IMG/VR virus record: IMGVR_UViG_3300048918_000310
Span: 1-48,193 of that record
Direction: 5' to 3' (one strand)
DNA from: a virus
DNA: 48,193 nucleotides
Shown here: in pieces, positions 1 to 9,352 of the stretch
How the letters are laid out: each line of letters opens with the position of its first letter
How positions within the stretch are numbered: the first letter of the stretch is position 1
Program-made: the position numbers and the translations under genes
Notes under the pieces: generated by a model
Told to the model about the DNA's origin: nothing
Databases searched by the model: none
What the model saw: only the letters and a program-made list of their open reading frames with translations

Positions 1-127
1 TCCCTGGCGGTATGTGGTACAGAAGCATAAGAAGGGATATAAGGTTTACGAATAAAATCAAGCTTATGATAAAACGCATAGTGTATACAAGCGACATAAA
101 CGTAAAAGTTGGCCAAGAGAAAATTGC
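1..127. repeat. Contig-end direct repeat (copy 1). It is identical to 48067-48193, implying a circular or circularly permuted genome of ~48,066 bp. Bases 1-55 duplicate the 3' end of terL.
   Basis: Read directly: tccctggcggtatgtggtacagaagc...ggccaagagaaaattgc occurs at both ends. The terL stop (taa) falls at 53-55 in the copy. Confidence 0.95.
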
Positions 128-249
128 TAGTGGTCGAGGGTATGTGACTAAAGTATATTTATTCGGCATTTGCGTTTACAAAAGCATTACGCCTTTGGAA
201 TTACGGAAATAACATCAAAAGCTTTCCCGTATAAGTAACGGGCAGCAAC

Positions 250-2058
250 ATGATACTGGATGACCAGCTTTTAAAAGCGATCATTAAACATGATCCGTCA
301 ATTGCGTTATTGGCCGAGGCTCAAAAAGACGCCTCCCTGCTCAACGCCCATATAACCGGTGCGGGGTTGGATACAATTATCCGCAGTGATGATTACTTTG
401 AAGACGAACAGAAAAAGAACCTGCGGCAGAAGTATGCCAGGTCAAACCGGGATCTCTTTGCCCGCATCCACAGGCCCATTGACAAGGTATTTACAGCAAA
501 GGGCGGCAGCACCATCTACAACCTGCCGGAAGCCCAGGCGAAGAGATTAGCCGCATACCTGGCCACCATCCGCAACGGTATGTCATTACGCAGGTGGATC
601 AAGTCTATCGCTCTTCCGGCCTACCAGATCGACCCCATGGGCGTTATATTCATGGAACTCGATGCCCTGCGCCAGCCATATCCCACCTACCGTTCAACTT
701 CAGACATATTCCGGTATAAGCTTAATGGCCGTAAACTGGAATATATCATATTTAAACTGGGCGCCGATGATGTACGTTTGGCCGGTAGAAACATGGGGGT
801 GCCCGATGTAACCCTAAACAGCATATTTGAGAAACTTCCTTCTCTCAATGGAACGCCAAAGTTCCTGCGGGTTGTGGATGATGTATCGGACAAGATATAC
901 CGGTTGGAAGGCGAAGGGCAGTATACCGAAATACCTGAACTGACCCTACCGAATTACTGGATGTACGTTCCGGGTATGATCGTTTCCGACCTGGTTAAGT
1001 ACAACAGCCAATGCTTCCAATCGCCAGATGCTGACATTGTAGAACTGGCAAATGACTTCCTCACTGATTGTTCCGTTTTCAACATCTGGAAAAAATTACA
1101 CGGCTATCCAAAAGCATGGCGTACAAAAACAGCATGCTCTACATGTATGGGTAGCGGTTTGGTCCGTGGCGTTGAATGTCGGGATTGTGGCGGTACCGGT
1201 AATAAGAAAAAGGCAACTGTCCGGGACGAACTGATTGTACCGATCCCCGACGACGGCAAAATGCCTACGACATTTGGCGGCTATATTACACCGGATATTA
1301 CCGGCTGGGAATTGATGCGCAATGAGATGACCACGCTGGAAGATATGATGTTCATGACCAGCTGGGGCACGATCATGAAGCGGCCAACGGATAAAGCGCA
1401 ACCTGAAACTGCCACATCCGAATTCATTAACGCTCAGGCCATCAATGAACGCTTGCCTGACTTCACCTCATGGGGGCAGACAATTGAAACGTTCGTTATT
1501 ACTGCTGTAGGGCAGATCATGTTCAACCAGAACTATCAGGGCCCCAGCGTCAACTATGGCAACCGGTTTATTATAGAGGGGCCGGATGTCCTTTGGAATA
1601 AGTATGCTGATGCCAGGGCCGAAGGGGCGCCACAGGCTGCATTGGATGGCCTGCTGCGTGATTATTACGAATCACGATATGAAGGTTCACCTATGGACCT
1701 CAACAAGGCATTAAAGCTGATGAAAGTTGAGCCCTGGACACATCTTACCATTGACCAGGTACAAGCAGCATCGGCCTTGCAGGTTGATAAGATCGCCAAA
1801 ACATATTTCAGCGAGTGGGTATCAACGAAAACGGATATGGAGATCCTAAGCACTGATGAACAGACACTGCGTGATGATCTGACGGCTTATGCTGAGGCAA
1901 AAAACGAATTATTTAAGGATCAGCAGGCCGAAATGCTTGCCCAGCAGCAGGCGGCTGTCGGTGGTGATGTTTCCCCAGAAGATAAAGCCATCGATAATGG
2001 TAGAAAGGGTATACAGAAAACCCGGATTAAGAAAGGGATGAAGCAAATACAACAATAA
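250..2058 (+). CDS. Putative portal protein with an internal double CxxCxGxG zinc-finger insert
   Basis: 602-aa ORF directly after terL across the circular junction. Size and position are typical of a portal. Contains CSTCMGSG...CRDCGGTG (nt 1135-1200). No portal motif confirmed. Confidence 0.6.
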   Translation: MILDDQLLKAIIKHDPSIALLAEAQKDASLLNAHITGAGLDTIIRSDDYFEDEQKKNLRQKYARSNRDLFARIHRPIDKVFTAKGGSTIYNLPEAQAKRLAAYLATIRNGMSLRRWIKSIALPAYQIDPMGVIFMELDALRQPYPTYRSTSDIFRYKLNGRKLEYIIFKLGADDVRLAGRNMGVPDVTLNSIFEKLPSLNGTPKFLRVVDDVSDKIYRLEGEGQYTEIPELTLPNYWMYVPGMIVSDLVKYNSQCFQSPDADIVELANDFLTDCSVFNIWKKLHGYPKAWRTKTACSTCMGSGLVRGVECRDCGGTGNKKKATVRDELIVPIPDDGKMPTTFGGYITPDITGWELMRNEMTTLEDMMFMTSWGTIMKRPTDKAQPETATSEFINAQAINERLPDFTSWGQTIETFVITAVGQIMFNQNYQGPSVNYGNRFIIEGPDVLWNKYADARAEGAPQAALDGLLRDYYESRYEGSPMDLNKALKLMKVEPWTHLTIDQVQAASALQVDKIAKTYFSEWVSTKTDMEILSTDEQTLRDDLTAYAEAKNELFKDQQAEMLAQQQAAVGGDVSPEDKAIDNGRKGIQKTRIKKGMKQIQQ

Positions 2059-2064
2059 CACGCT

Positions 2065-2268
2065 ATGAGTACTACAGGCAATTACAACCCATTAAAATCG
2101 GTTCAGGCTAAAATAGTTGACGGCGAAATTGTGTTTAAAATTGATGATAATCCATGGTCAGCAACTATCCCAGGCGCTGCGGGGCATGAGGTAATTTTAA
2201 ATCCAATGGAGGTGAAACAAATTAAGATAACCTATGTATTGGAACTTGTGCCTGATTCAACGGATTAA
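2065..2268 (+). CDS. Hypothetical head-module protein (67 aa)
   Basis: Tightly packed co-oriented ORF after the portal. Confidence 0.5.
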   Translation: MSTTGNYNPLKSVQAKIVDGEIVFKIDDNPWSATIPGAAGHEVILNPMEVKQIKITYVLELVPDSTD

Positions 2269-2282
2269 AACAAACACCTCAT

Positions 2283-2537
2283 ATGCCCGAAATCAAAGAT
2301 CACATTGCCGTCGTAAAAGCCGAGATTGACGCGACCGGCAAACGCCTGGAAACCGAAACGCTTACGGCTGACCAACTTATTAACATCGCTAACCGCATGG
2401 TGCAACTCGGAGAAGCACTCTCATGGTTACTTGCAATAGTCGAAATGGAACAAGGCCCGAAGCCAAAGTTGGTTGTGGCAGGCAAAAAATGGAATGAACG
2501 GTTAGCGGAAGAAATTGCAAAACGAAACAGTCATTAA
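2283..2537 (+). CDS. Hypothetical head-module protein (84 aa, helical)
   Basis: ORF in the operon; protein-like composition. Confidence 0.5.
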   Translation: MPEIKDHIAVVKAEIDATGKRLETETLTADQLINIANRMVQLGEALSWLLAIVEMEQGPKPKLVVAGKKWNERLAEEIAKRNSH

Positions 2538-2552
2538 AATCAATCAATTAAT

Positions 2553-3107
2553 ATGGCAATACACCACACCCGCCTTAAAAAGGCCATAACGCTTATTGGG
2601 GAAGAAAAAGAGGTCCCTAAGATCATCCAGTTGCTTTCTCAGGCAGAATTCACCGATGACGAAATTCAGGAGATCCTGCAAAAGACATCCGGTCAGCCTG
2701 GTAAAACCGAAACAATTACCGTGCATGATCCTGCAATAGAAGAATCTAACGGTCCTATTGCTCCAGGGGTGCAATTGCCTGGTGCCAATATACCGCCAGC
2801 CAAAGCCTCAAAGTATGCCGACTTCGATGTGTTCATGGGCAAGGCCATCACCAAAGAATACCGGCATGTATCGGGCGAAATGCGCAACTATATCAGCCAT
2901 TTCCAGCTGAGCGAAAAGGTGCAGACTGTGCGCATTGAACCGACCCTGGCCAAAGACTTTAACCGGTTCGCCATCGGGTTCATCGACAACCCAGGTAAGA
3001 TGTATTTCCCCAAAGGAACCAAACAGGTAGGAGATATACAGACTTACCAGGATGCAACCTACAAGCCTATGAACGAAACCACTGTTACTAACGAATTCAT
3101 GGATTAA
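2553..3107 (+). CDS. Hypothetical head-module protein (184 aa)
   Basis: Co-oriented ORF ending 3 nt before the next start. Confidence 0.55.
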   Translation: MAIHHTRLKKAITLIGEEKEVPKIIQLLSQAEFTDDEIQEILQKTSGQPGKTETITVHDPAIEESNGPIAPGVQLPGANIPPAKASKYADFDVFMGKAITKEYRHVSGEMRNYISHFQLSEKVQTVRIEPTLAKDFNRFAIGFIDNPGKMYFPKGTKQVGDIQTYQDATYKPMNETTVTNEFMD

Positions 3108-3109
3108 TT

Positions 3110-3952
3110 ATGGCTATTAAGAATTTAGAAGCAATAGCAAAAGCATTACGTATTGATCCGGCCAAACTGCTGGAAGCCTCAAAGAGCGATCAGGAAGTCG
3201 AGGTTGAAGTACCTGCAGACCTGGTGGTGATGACGAAAGCCGAACAGGAAACACGGGAAAACAGCCTTAAGTCAACGAACATAGGCATTGGAAAGGAAAT
3301 CATTATTAAAGAGCTCAAGCAAAAGGAAGGGTTAGAATTTGAAGGTAAAGATCCTGAAAAGTTCATCACCGAATATAAAGCCAAAATCCTTAAAGATGCC
3401 AATATCTCGGTTGATGAAAAAGTAAGGGAGCGTGATAAAACTATTGAGGGCCTACGTAAGAACCTGGGCGAACGTGATACTGAGATCACTACTTTAAAGA
3501 CCAAAGCCAGCCAGGCTGAAGCCGATTCAAAGCTGTTGGGGCTGTTGCCAAAGGAACGCGCAAGCATCCTGACCGATCAACAGTACTTAAGCCTGATTAA
3601 GCAGGAATATGAACTTACGGAGCATGAAGGCAAGCCAGCGGTCAAGAATCTTAAAACCGGTGAGATTGAAAAGGATAAAACCACATTGGCTCCGTTGGAC
3701 CCTGCGGTTGTGGTTAAAGGCCATTTCGAAGGAGCCAAATGGATCGCCACACCGGGAGCCGACGACAAAAAAACAGGACCCGGCGGCAGGGGTGCCAGCG
3801 ACTCCACCAATACAGGAGGGATCACCAATATGAAGCAGTTCAAAGACCACGCTAAGGCGCAGGGCTGGAACCTGAACGGCCAGCAGGCGCAGGCAGAGCT
3901 GAATAAAATAACTACCGCCAATCCTAATTTCGATTTCTCTACTGCTGAGTAG
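3110..3952 (+). CDS. Putative scaffolding protein
   Basis: 280 aa, highly charged (K/E-rich) and predicted coiled coil. Located upstream of the capsid gene. Confidence 0.55.
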   Translation: MAIKNLEAIAKALRIDPAKLLEASKSDQEVEVEVPADLVVMTKAEQETRENSLKSTNIGIGKEIIIKELKQKEGLEFEGKDPEKFITEYKAKILKDANISVDEKVRERDKTIEGLRKNLGERDTEITTLKTKASQAEADSKLLGLLPKERASILTDQQYLSLIKQEYELTEHEGKPAVKNLKTGEIEKDKTTLAPLDPAVVVKGHFEGAKWIATPGADDKKTGPGGRGASDSTNTGGITNMKQFKDHAKAQGWNLNGQQAQAELNKITTANPNFDFSTAE

Positions 3953-3979
3953 GGAGGTGTGTTTTGTAGTTGTCATGAA

Positions 3980-4006
3980 AGCCGTCTCAGAAATGGGGCG
4001 GTTTTT
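3980..4006 (+). terminator. Weak hairpin plus T-run after the scaffold gene
   Basis: gccgtctcagaaatggggcgg followed by ttttt. The stem includes a G-U pair. Confidence 0.35.
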
Positions 4007-4018
4007 AAACTTTGTAAA

Positions 4019-4564
4019 ATGAAGATACCATTCAGGCAAAAATCAATCGGCTGGTGCACGGTTTATACACTGGCAAACATTTTTAATGATAAAGGATTTT
4101 TGAAATATTTAGAAGACGATCGATTTAAAGGGTGTAGCAAGGAGGATGTGGAATACATGCTTGCGGACCAAAATACAGGGTTAAAAATCGCAGATGTCAT
4201 TTATGTTAACCAACACTATCAGCATTTACCAAAGCAATTCGTGTACGATTGCCTTTATAACCATAAGGAAGATATTGTCTTTGACAAGCCAACTGCTATA
4301 CCGGTTATCCCATATATGTTGACGGTGCGACTTATTGAGTCAATTTATCATTCTGTGGCTGTATTAATGATCTCGGGCGAGATGTATTACATCGACCCTT
4401 ATAGGGAGAAAGTAATCAAAATAGAGAGTTTCAACCAGTTTAGCGAGCTTTTTATAGACTGCGTTCAAGTTGAAAGGTTTTATCGACCGACCGATGAAAG
4501 TTTTATAATTCTGGATGGCGAAATGCTTGGTTTTAACACGTTAATTGAAGAACAGATAGCTTAA
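4019..4564 (+). CDS. Papain/C39-like cysteine peptidase candidate. The start is taken at the ATG at 4019, not the GTG at 3959.
   Basis: Gln sits 6 residues before Cys (RQKSIGWCTVY). Further on is a His in YHSVAVL, followed by IDPY, resembling the C39 H-x-VV...DP signature. The ORF is visibly more AT-rich than its neighbours. Confidence 0.45.
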   Translation: MKIPFRQKSIGWCTVYTLANIFNDKGFLKYLEDDRFKGCSKEDVEYMLADQNTGLKIADVIYVNQHYQHLPKQFVYDCLYNHKEDIVFDKPTAIPVIPYMLTVRLIESIYHSVAVLMISGEMYYIDPYREKVIKIESFNQFSELFIDCVQVERFYRPTDESFIILDGEMLGFNTLIEEQIA

Positions 4565-4696
4565 TTTTCAGAAATATTTGTAAGTTCAGAATATTTCCTA
4601 CCTTCACATAACCGGGGATGTTCCCCACAAGCAGAAAGGGTCGGTGACCCAAAGCATTCTTACAGGTTGTAAGTCCATTTATTCACACCGAATAAA

Positions 4697-5743
4697 ATGG
4701 CAGATTATGTTTCTTCGGCGTTACTCGCCTTTCAATCAAAAATCAACAAAAAGTACAATCAGGCAGAATTAAGGGAGCAACAGAATCCCATCTTACGTGT
4801 TGGGCTGGCAAATCAGGACTTCACTGTAGCCGATGTAAAGGCTATCAAAGAATCCGACAAACGTGCTGTTAAAGCTTATGCGCTGAAAAAGATCAGTGCT
4901 ACCAATGGCACAGCCCGTTCGTATAACCACACCGGCAGCCAGGGCGATTCTGCTGAAATCTCAATGAGCTGGTCAACCTTCAGTGAAACCACTGGTGTTT
5001 TCATGCAGTCAGGTTATGACAACGTGTTTGACACCCTCACAATGCTGGATAACCAGATTATGCAGAAACAGCGTATTCTGCGTGAGCGCATTGGCGCTTA
5101 TATCCTGGGCCAGGTTCACACCAACCGTTCACAGAACTACGTAGGTACTCCACGTAACGGCACCTGGAATGGTACAAACTTCGCCTTCGAGATCGATGAC
5201 AACGATAAAAACCGGTTCTGGTATAATGCCGCATCAATCATGCGCCAACAGAAGTACTATGATTCGTTTATCGCCATCGCTGACCCCATCACGATGAAGT
5301 TGGCCGATTTCCTGGGCGCACAAGGTCAGGGTAACGCCACCAATCTCAGCTACCAGTTCAAGGACTTCGTTCCCAACGGCATCATGGAACACGCCTTACT
5401 TGGCGATTCAGTTTCCAGTGAGTACGCAAACGGTACCGCGCTGGTAATGCCGCAGTACGCCTTCTCTGTTATCCCATGGATACCAAAGATCAACCGCGAG
5501 GGCGCCGGGGATTACGAAGACTATAACGGTGGATGGGGTACGATCCCTGATGCTACCGGTCTTCCTTTGACCTATGCCGTACATGGCTGGGCTCAACGTG
5601 CTGATGGTTCCAGCAATGGTTCAGTGGTTCAGGATTGGAAGATCGAGCTGGAATTGTCTGTTGATATCGCGTTCAACACCGATTTCCACAGTACCAGCGG
5701 CGAAAGCTCAATCTTCGAGTTTGGTTTAAATAACCTCCCATAA
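4697..5743 (+). CDS. Putative major capsid protein
   Basis: 348-aa ORF after the scaffold, preceded by a long structured leader. Called on position and size; no fold confirmation. Confidence 0.6.
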   Translation: MADYVSSALLAFQSKINKKYNQAELREQQNPILRVGLANQDFTVADVKAIKESDKRAVKAYALKKISATNGTARSYNHTGSQGDSAEISMSWSTFSETTGVFMQSGYDNVFDTLTMLDNQIMQKQRILRERIGAYILGQVHTNRSQNYVGTPRNGTWNGTNFAFEIDDNDKNRFWYNAASIMRQQKYYDSFIAIADPITMKLADFLGAQGQGNATNLSYQFKDFVPNGIMEHALLGDSVSSEYANGTALVMPQYAFSVIPWIPKINREGAGDYEDYNGGWGTIPDATGLPLTYAVHGWAQRADGSSNGSVVQDWKIELELSVDIAFNTDFHSTSGESSIFEFGLNNLP

Positions 5744-5779
5744 TCAACCTATTACTTAACCAGCATTAAAACAAGATCA

Positions 5780-6208
5780 ATGAAAAAGTTCATTATTCTT
5801 TCAATGCTTGCGATGGTAGTAGGAATGGCCACGCAAGCGCAGAGGGCGACTTTGTTCCCGCTTATTGCCGGGGATACTGTTTCCACCAGTTCCAGCCGTG
5901 ATACGGTAACAAAGATCATTACAGCAACTGCCGGGTTCTCAGCATTGGGTATCCAGGTGAATGCTACAAAGATCAGTGGTACCGTTTCAGCCAAGGCTTA
6001 CCTGTACAGTAGCCTGGATGGAACGAATTACAACCTTACCGATTCAAGTGCAGCCTTCGCCAACCAGACTACAAACGTAGTATGGTTCACGAAGACCAGT
6101 ACCCCTTATGTGTATTATAAGGTCACGGTACAGGATCCGATAGGAGGAGCGACGAGTACACAATCGGTTCAGGTTAAGGTTTACTATGTATTAAGACGCT
6201 ATGATTAA
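5780..6208 (+). CDS. Small beta-rich protein with an N-terminal Sec-type signal peptide
   Basis: MKKFIILSMLAMVVGMATQAQ-R: positive N-terminus, hydrophobic core and an AQA-like cleavage site. Confidence 0.6.
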   Translation: MKKFIILSMLAMVVGMATQAQRATLFPLIAGDTVSTSSSRDTVTKIITATAGFSALGIQVNATKISGTVSAKAYLYSSLDGTNYNLTDSSAAFANQTTNVVWFTKTSTPYVYYKVTVQDPIGGATSTQSVQVKVYYVLRRYD

Positions 6209-7574
6209 ACCAATTCCCATAGTAGGCGGTGGTACCGGGCAATTTGATCCGGTCGCAGATGCAACCAGTGTTTACATACCGGTCCTTGCCGGTCAGGACG
6301 CATGGGTTGAGCGATCAGGTTACGGTACGCTCACTCCCAACAATTACCAGATTGTCGGGGATGGGCATATCAATTTGCTTAACGGTTTGAAATTCTCGGC
6401 AAGTGAAGTTTACAACATTCACGCGTCAGGGTTTCAGATCGCCGGTACTCCCGGTAACTACTCGAATGGGTTTAAATCTACAGTAGTTAATGCGTTGCTT
6501 TCCCGGCTGGGGTGGATGCAGCCAACACGTACAGGCTATGCCCTGGATTCGTTCAACACGACTTCAGTAAGCGGCCGGTACTTTAATGATGGCTCGTTCC
6601 ACGCAATTGTAACCCCTGAGAACATCAGGCAGGCACAGGAAGATCCGGAAATAACAGTTGGCGAATTCAATGCTTTCCTTTTGACACTGCAGAAGGCCTC
6701 CATCATGAAGGCCGTCAATGCGGTGTTCAATAAGAACGAGCGGCTTGAACGCACCCTGTTATTCGAGCGATTCGGGCGGAACGATTACAAGTTCACCAAC
6801 ACAGGTGCATTCGTAGGCGTTCTGCTTCGGCCAGGTAGAAAAGAAGGTTTATCGATCCAGGTAAACAGCGTTTCGCTGTACTTCGATTCTGATGTGACAT
6901 TCAACCTTTACCTGTTCCACGAAGCAAAGAAAACGCCTGTCTGGACTCAATCGGTAACGGCAGTAGCTGATGAACAAACGGTCATCAACTTCTCAGAAGT
7001 GATCGTGAATTACCTGGAAAACAATAAATCCGGCAACTTCTACCTGGGATATTTCCAAAGTGATTTGGGAACGGCCAAAGCCTACAACGAGATCGTTGAA
7101 CGGTTTAACCCGACCTACAACTTTGCGATGTATCCGGTAGAAATGGAGGCGTTACCAGGTAATTACATAAACCGGAACAAAATCAGCTATACCTATTCAA
7201 CCCACGGACTGAACGTCGATGTAAGCGCTTTCAGGGATCACACACAAAGGATTATAACTAATCCTTACCTGTTTGATAACCTGATTGGGCTGAACATGGC
7301 AGCCATGGTTATTGAGATAATCAATAACGCTACCCGGGAGAACAAAACGGTGCGCATTACTCAAGATCAATCACAAAAGCTTTATACGGATCTACAGCTT
7401 GCTGGACCTACGGATGACTTCCCCTACATGGCAGGGTTGAAAAACCAAATCGCCAGGGAGGTCAAACGGGTGAAGGAAGAATTCTTCCCCTGTCCGCAGA
7501 TCAGCAATGTAGAACATAACACGAACGATTTGCTGGATTACGGAATGCAGCAGCCAGACTTTTTCAGATACTGA
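6201..7574 (+). CDS. Hypothetical virion structural protein (457 aa)
   Basis: Long ORF in the structural operon with overlapping start and stop. Confidence 0.6.
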   Translation: MIKPIPIVGGGTGQFDPVADATSVYIPVLAGQDAWVERSGYGTLTPNNYQIVGDGHINLLNGLKFSASEVYNIHASGFQIAGTPGNYSNGFKSTVVNALLSRLGWMQPTRTGYALDSFNTTSVSGRYFNDGSFHAIVTPENIRQAQEDPEITVGEFNAFLLTLQKASIMKAVNAVFNKNERLERTLLFERFGRNDYKFTNTGAFVGVLLRPGRKEGLSIQVNSVSLYFDSDVTFNLYLFHEAKKTPVWTQSVTAVADEQTVINFSEVIVNYLENNKSGNFYLGYFQSDLGTAKAYNEIVERFNPTYNFAMYPVEMEALPGNYINRNKISYTYSTHGLNVDVSAFRDHTQRIITNPYLFDNLIGLNMAAMVIEIINNATRENKTVRITQDQSQKLYTDLQLAGPTDDFPYMAGLKNQIAREVKRVKEEFFPCPQISNVEHNTNDLLDYGMQQPDFFRY

Positions 7575-8119
7575 TGAACTACTTGAAAACAAACCCAGTT
7601 GGCCTTGATTGGTACATACAGCAGGCACAAACCCAGCTGTACAATGGCCTTATCACTCAGTGGGGCATGGATGCATCAGCATATTCGAGTTATGGGCGCT
7701 GTTACCGTAATAAAGTTAACGACAGTTATGTAGCGCAGATATACAACGGGATCGAATACAGCGAGGTGTATTGGGACGATAACCTGACTGCAATATCCTT
7801 TTTTGGCATAGGCGAGAAAACAGATATCTACAGCGGTAATAAAGTACCTGTTCACCTGGTGATGTTCGTAAACCTATCAAAAATCAAGGGCACGATACTC
7901 CATCGACCCGATGAAGAAGCAAGGCAGGATGTAGGGTCCGTTATGGGGCAAAACTGCTTCGGCCTGCATTACGTCAGCCAGGAACTGTGGTTAGAAAACG
8001 TACTGCGTGAATATCCCGGATCCCGGCGCGATGAACGGCTAAAATCAGTAGACCAGCATCCTATACACTGCTTCAGGTTCAATTATAATTTATTCTATAA
8101 CCCAAACAAAAATTGTTAA
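7574..8119 (+). CDS. Hypothetical head-tail joining protein (181 aa)
   Basis: The start overlaps the preceding gene's stop codon by one base (TGATG). Called on position. Confidence 0.55.
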   Translation: MNYLKTNPVGLDWYIQQAQTQLYNGLITQWGMDASAYSSYGRCYRNKVNDSYVAQIYNGIEYSEVYWDDNLTAISFFGIGEKTDIYSGNKVPVHLVMFVNLSKIKGTILHRPDEEARQDVGSVMGQNCFGLHYVSQELWLENVLREYPGSRRDERLKSVDQHPIHCFRFNYNLFYNPNKNC

Positions 8120-8123
8120 ACAT

Positions 8124-9074
8124 ATGTCACTCAACCTTTGCGGAGCGATAGGCGACAATACAGGCCCGGTTTCGTGCGATGTTACCAGGGGCGTCCCTAA
8201 GTTTGCTTTTGTTGGTGGAAAAGTATTCCAGCCCAGCGATTATGCGACCGGTACAGCATTCCAAACAGCTTTCAAGGCTGCAGCGAAACTTGCAAAAGGA
8301 GATACTTCAAAATTGTTCCCTTTTCCCGAATTCCAGGGCAATGCAGATAAGACCGACGCCAACAAAGAAGGAACGCTCGGTTACGGTTTCAAGCAAGTGT
8401 TATTGGAAGGCAGGCCAGCGTACGAGTTTGATGTATTAATCGGTCAAACACAGTTCCAAAAACTGCGTAAGTTTAACCGTACCATCGCTCCCGTTTTTAT
8501 CTCCGATGACGCCAATAACATGTGGGGGGTGTACAAGTCGGATGGAACGTTCGTTGGTAATGACGCTTACATCTTTGTTACAGGTAACACTTTTGGCGAT
8601 GGTTCCAAAAATATCGTCGCAAAGATCACTTTCAGCTTTGTATCTGTAAGCGATTTCCATGACAGCAGCGCATACTTCCCGCTGAACTTCAACCCTAACG
8701 AGGTTAAAGGATTGCTGGATGTGGTATTGAGCGAGGCTTCAGCACATTCTACGAATGTTTACCACATCGCTGCTAATGTACTCACTGCAAAACTGGGTAC
8801 ATCGATCAATGTGGCTCAATCTTTTGGTGCAGACCTGGCCAGCGCGGCATTATGGACACTGGTTAAAGATGCAGATGGTACATCAGTTACGATTACCTCT
8901 GTAGCGTTGGCTTCAGGTGGTTTGTACTATGATTTCACAATCGACTCAACCGCATATACGGCGTTGTCATCTGGTGCAAAACTGCGGGTTGGCCTGGCCG
9001 TTCCTGCTACTCTGGATGCAGCTGGCGTAACCGGCGTTGAGGCTCCTGATTATCTCATTATAACTAAACCGTAA
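8124..9074 (+). CDS. Putative major tail protein with a C-terminal Ig-like region
   Basis: 316 aa located upstream of the chaperone-like ORFs and the tape measure. The C-terminus is Ser/Thr/Ala/Val-rich and beta-like. Confidence 0.45.
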   Translation: MSLNLCGAIGDNTGPVSCDVTRGVPKFAFVGGKVFQPSDYATGTAFQTAFKAAAKLAKGDTSKLFPFPEFQGNADKTDANKEGTLGYGFKQVLLEGRPAYEFDVLIGQTQFQKLRKFNRTIAPVFISDDANNMWGVYKSDGTFVGNDAYIFVTGNTFGDGSKNIVAKITFSFVSVSDFHDSSAYFPLNFNPNEVKGLLDVVLSEASAHSTNVYHIAANVLTAKLGTSINVAQSFGADLASAALWTLVKDADGTSVTITSVALASGGLYYDFTIDSTAYTALSSGAKLRVGLAVPATLDAAGVTGVEAPDYLIITKP

Positions 9075-9352
9075 TGAAGTATAAAGGAATAGGCTTTAAC
9101 GGCCCCCACCTGGCAGCAATGCCGTTCGAGCAGTTCAGTAAGGAAGTTGCACACCAGTTGAATGAAGCAGAACAGAAGGACTGTTACAGCCTGTTACAAT
9201 TAAAATATCCGGGAGTAGCGAAAGTTGCTCCCGTTTCCCATGACGATACCATCGCTATATCAGAAGTTACAGACGCTGGAAGCACAGACGGATCAGGTGA
9301 TAACGAGCAGCCTGGAACAAACAAAAGAGGCGCTCGCAAACCTGAACGTTGA
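9074..9352 (+). CDS. Hypothetical protein (92 aa); the 3' part overlaps the next ORF out of frame
   Basis: TAATG coupling to the previous gene. The C-terminal 40 aa may not be real. Confidence 0.4.
   Translation: MKYKGIGFNGPHLAAMPFEQFSKEVAHQLNEAEQKDCYSLLQLKYPGVAKVAPVSHDDTIAISEVTDAGSTDGSGDNEQPGTNKRGARKPER

Noticed and set aside
12-212. 66-aa ORF at the very start of the window
   Set aside because: It lies in the duplicated contig end, out of frame with the true terL 3' end (which stops at 53-55). It then runs into the terL-portal intergenic region. Most likely spurious.
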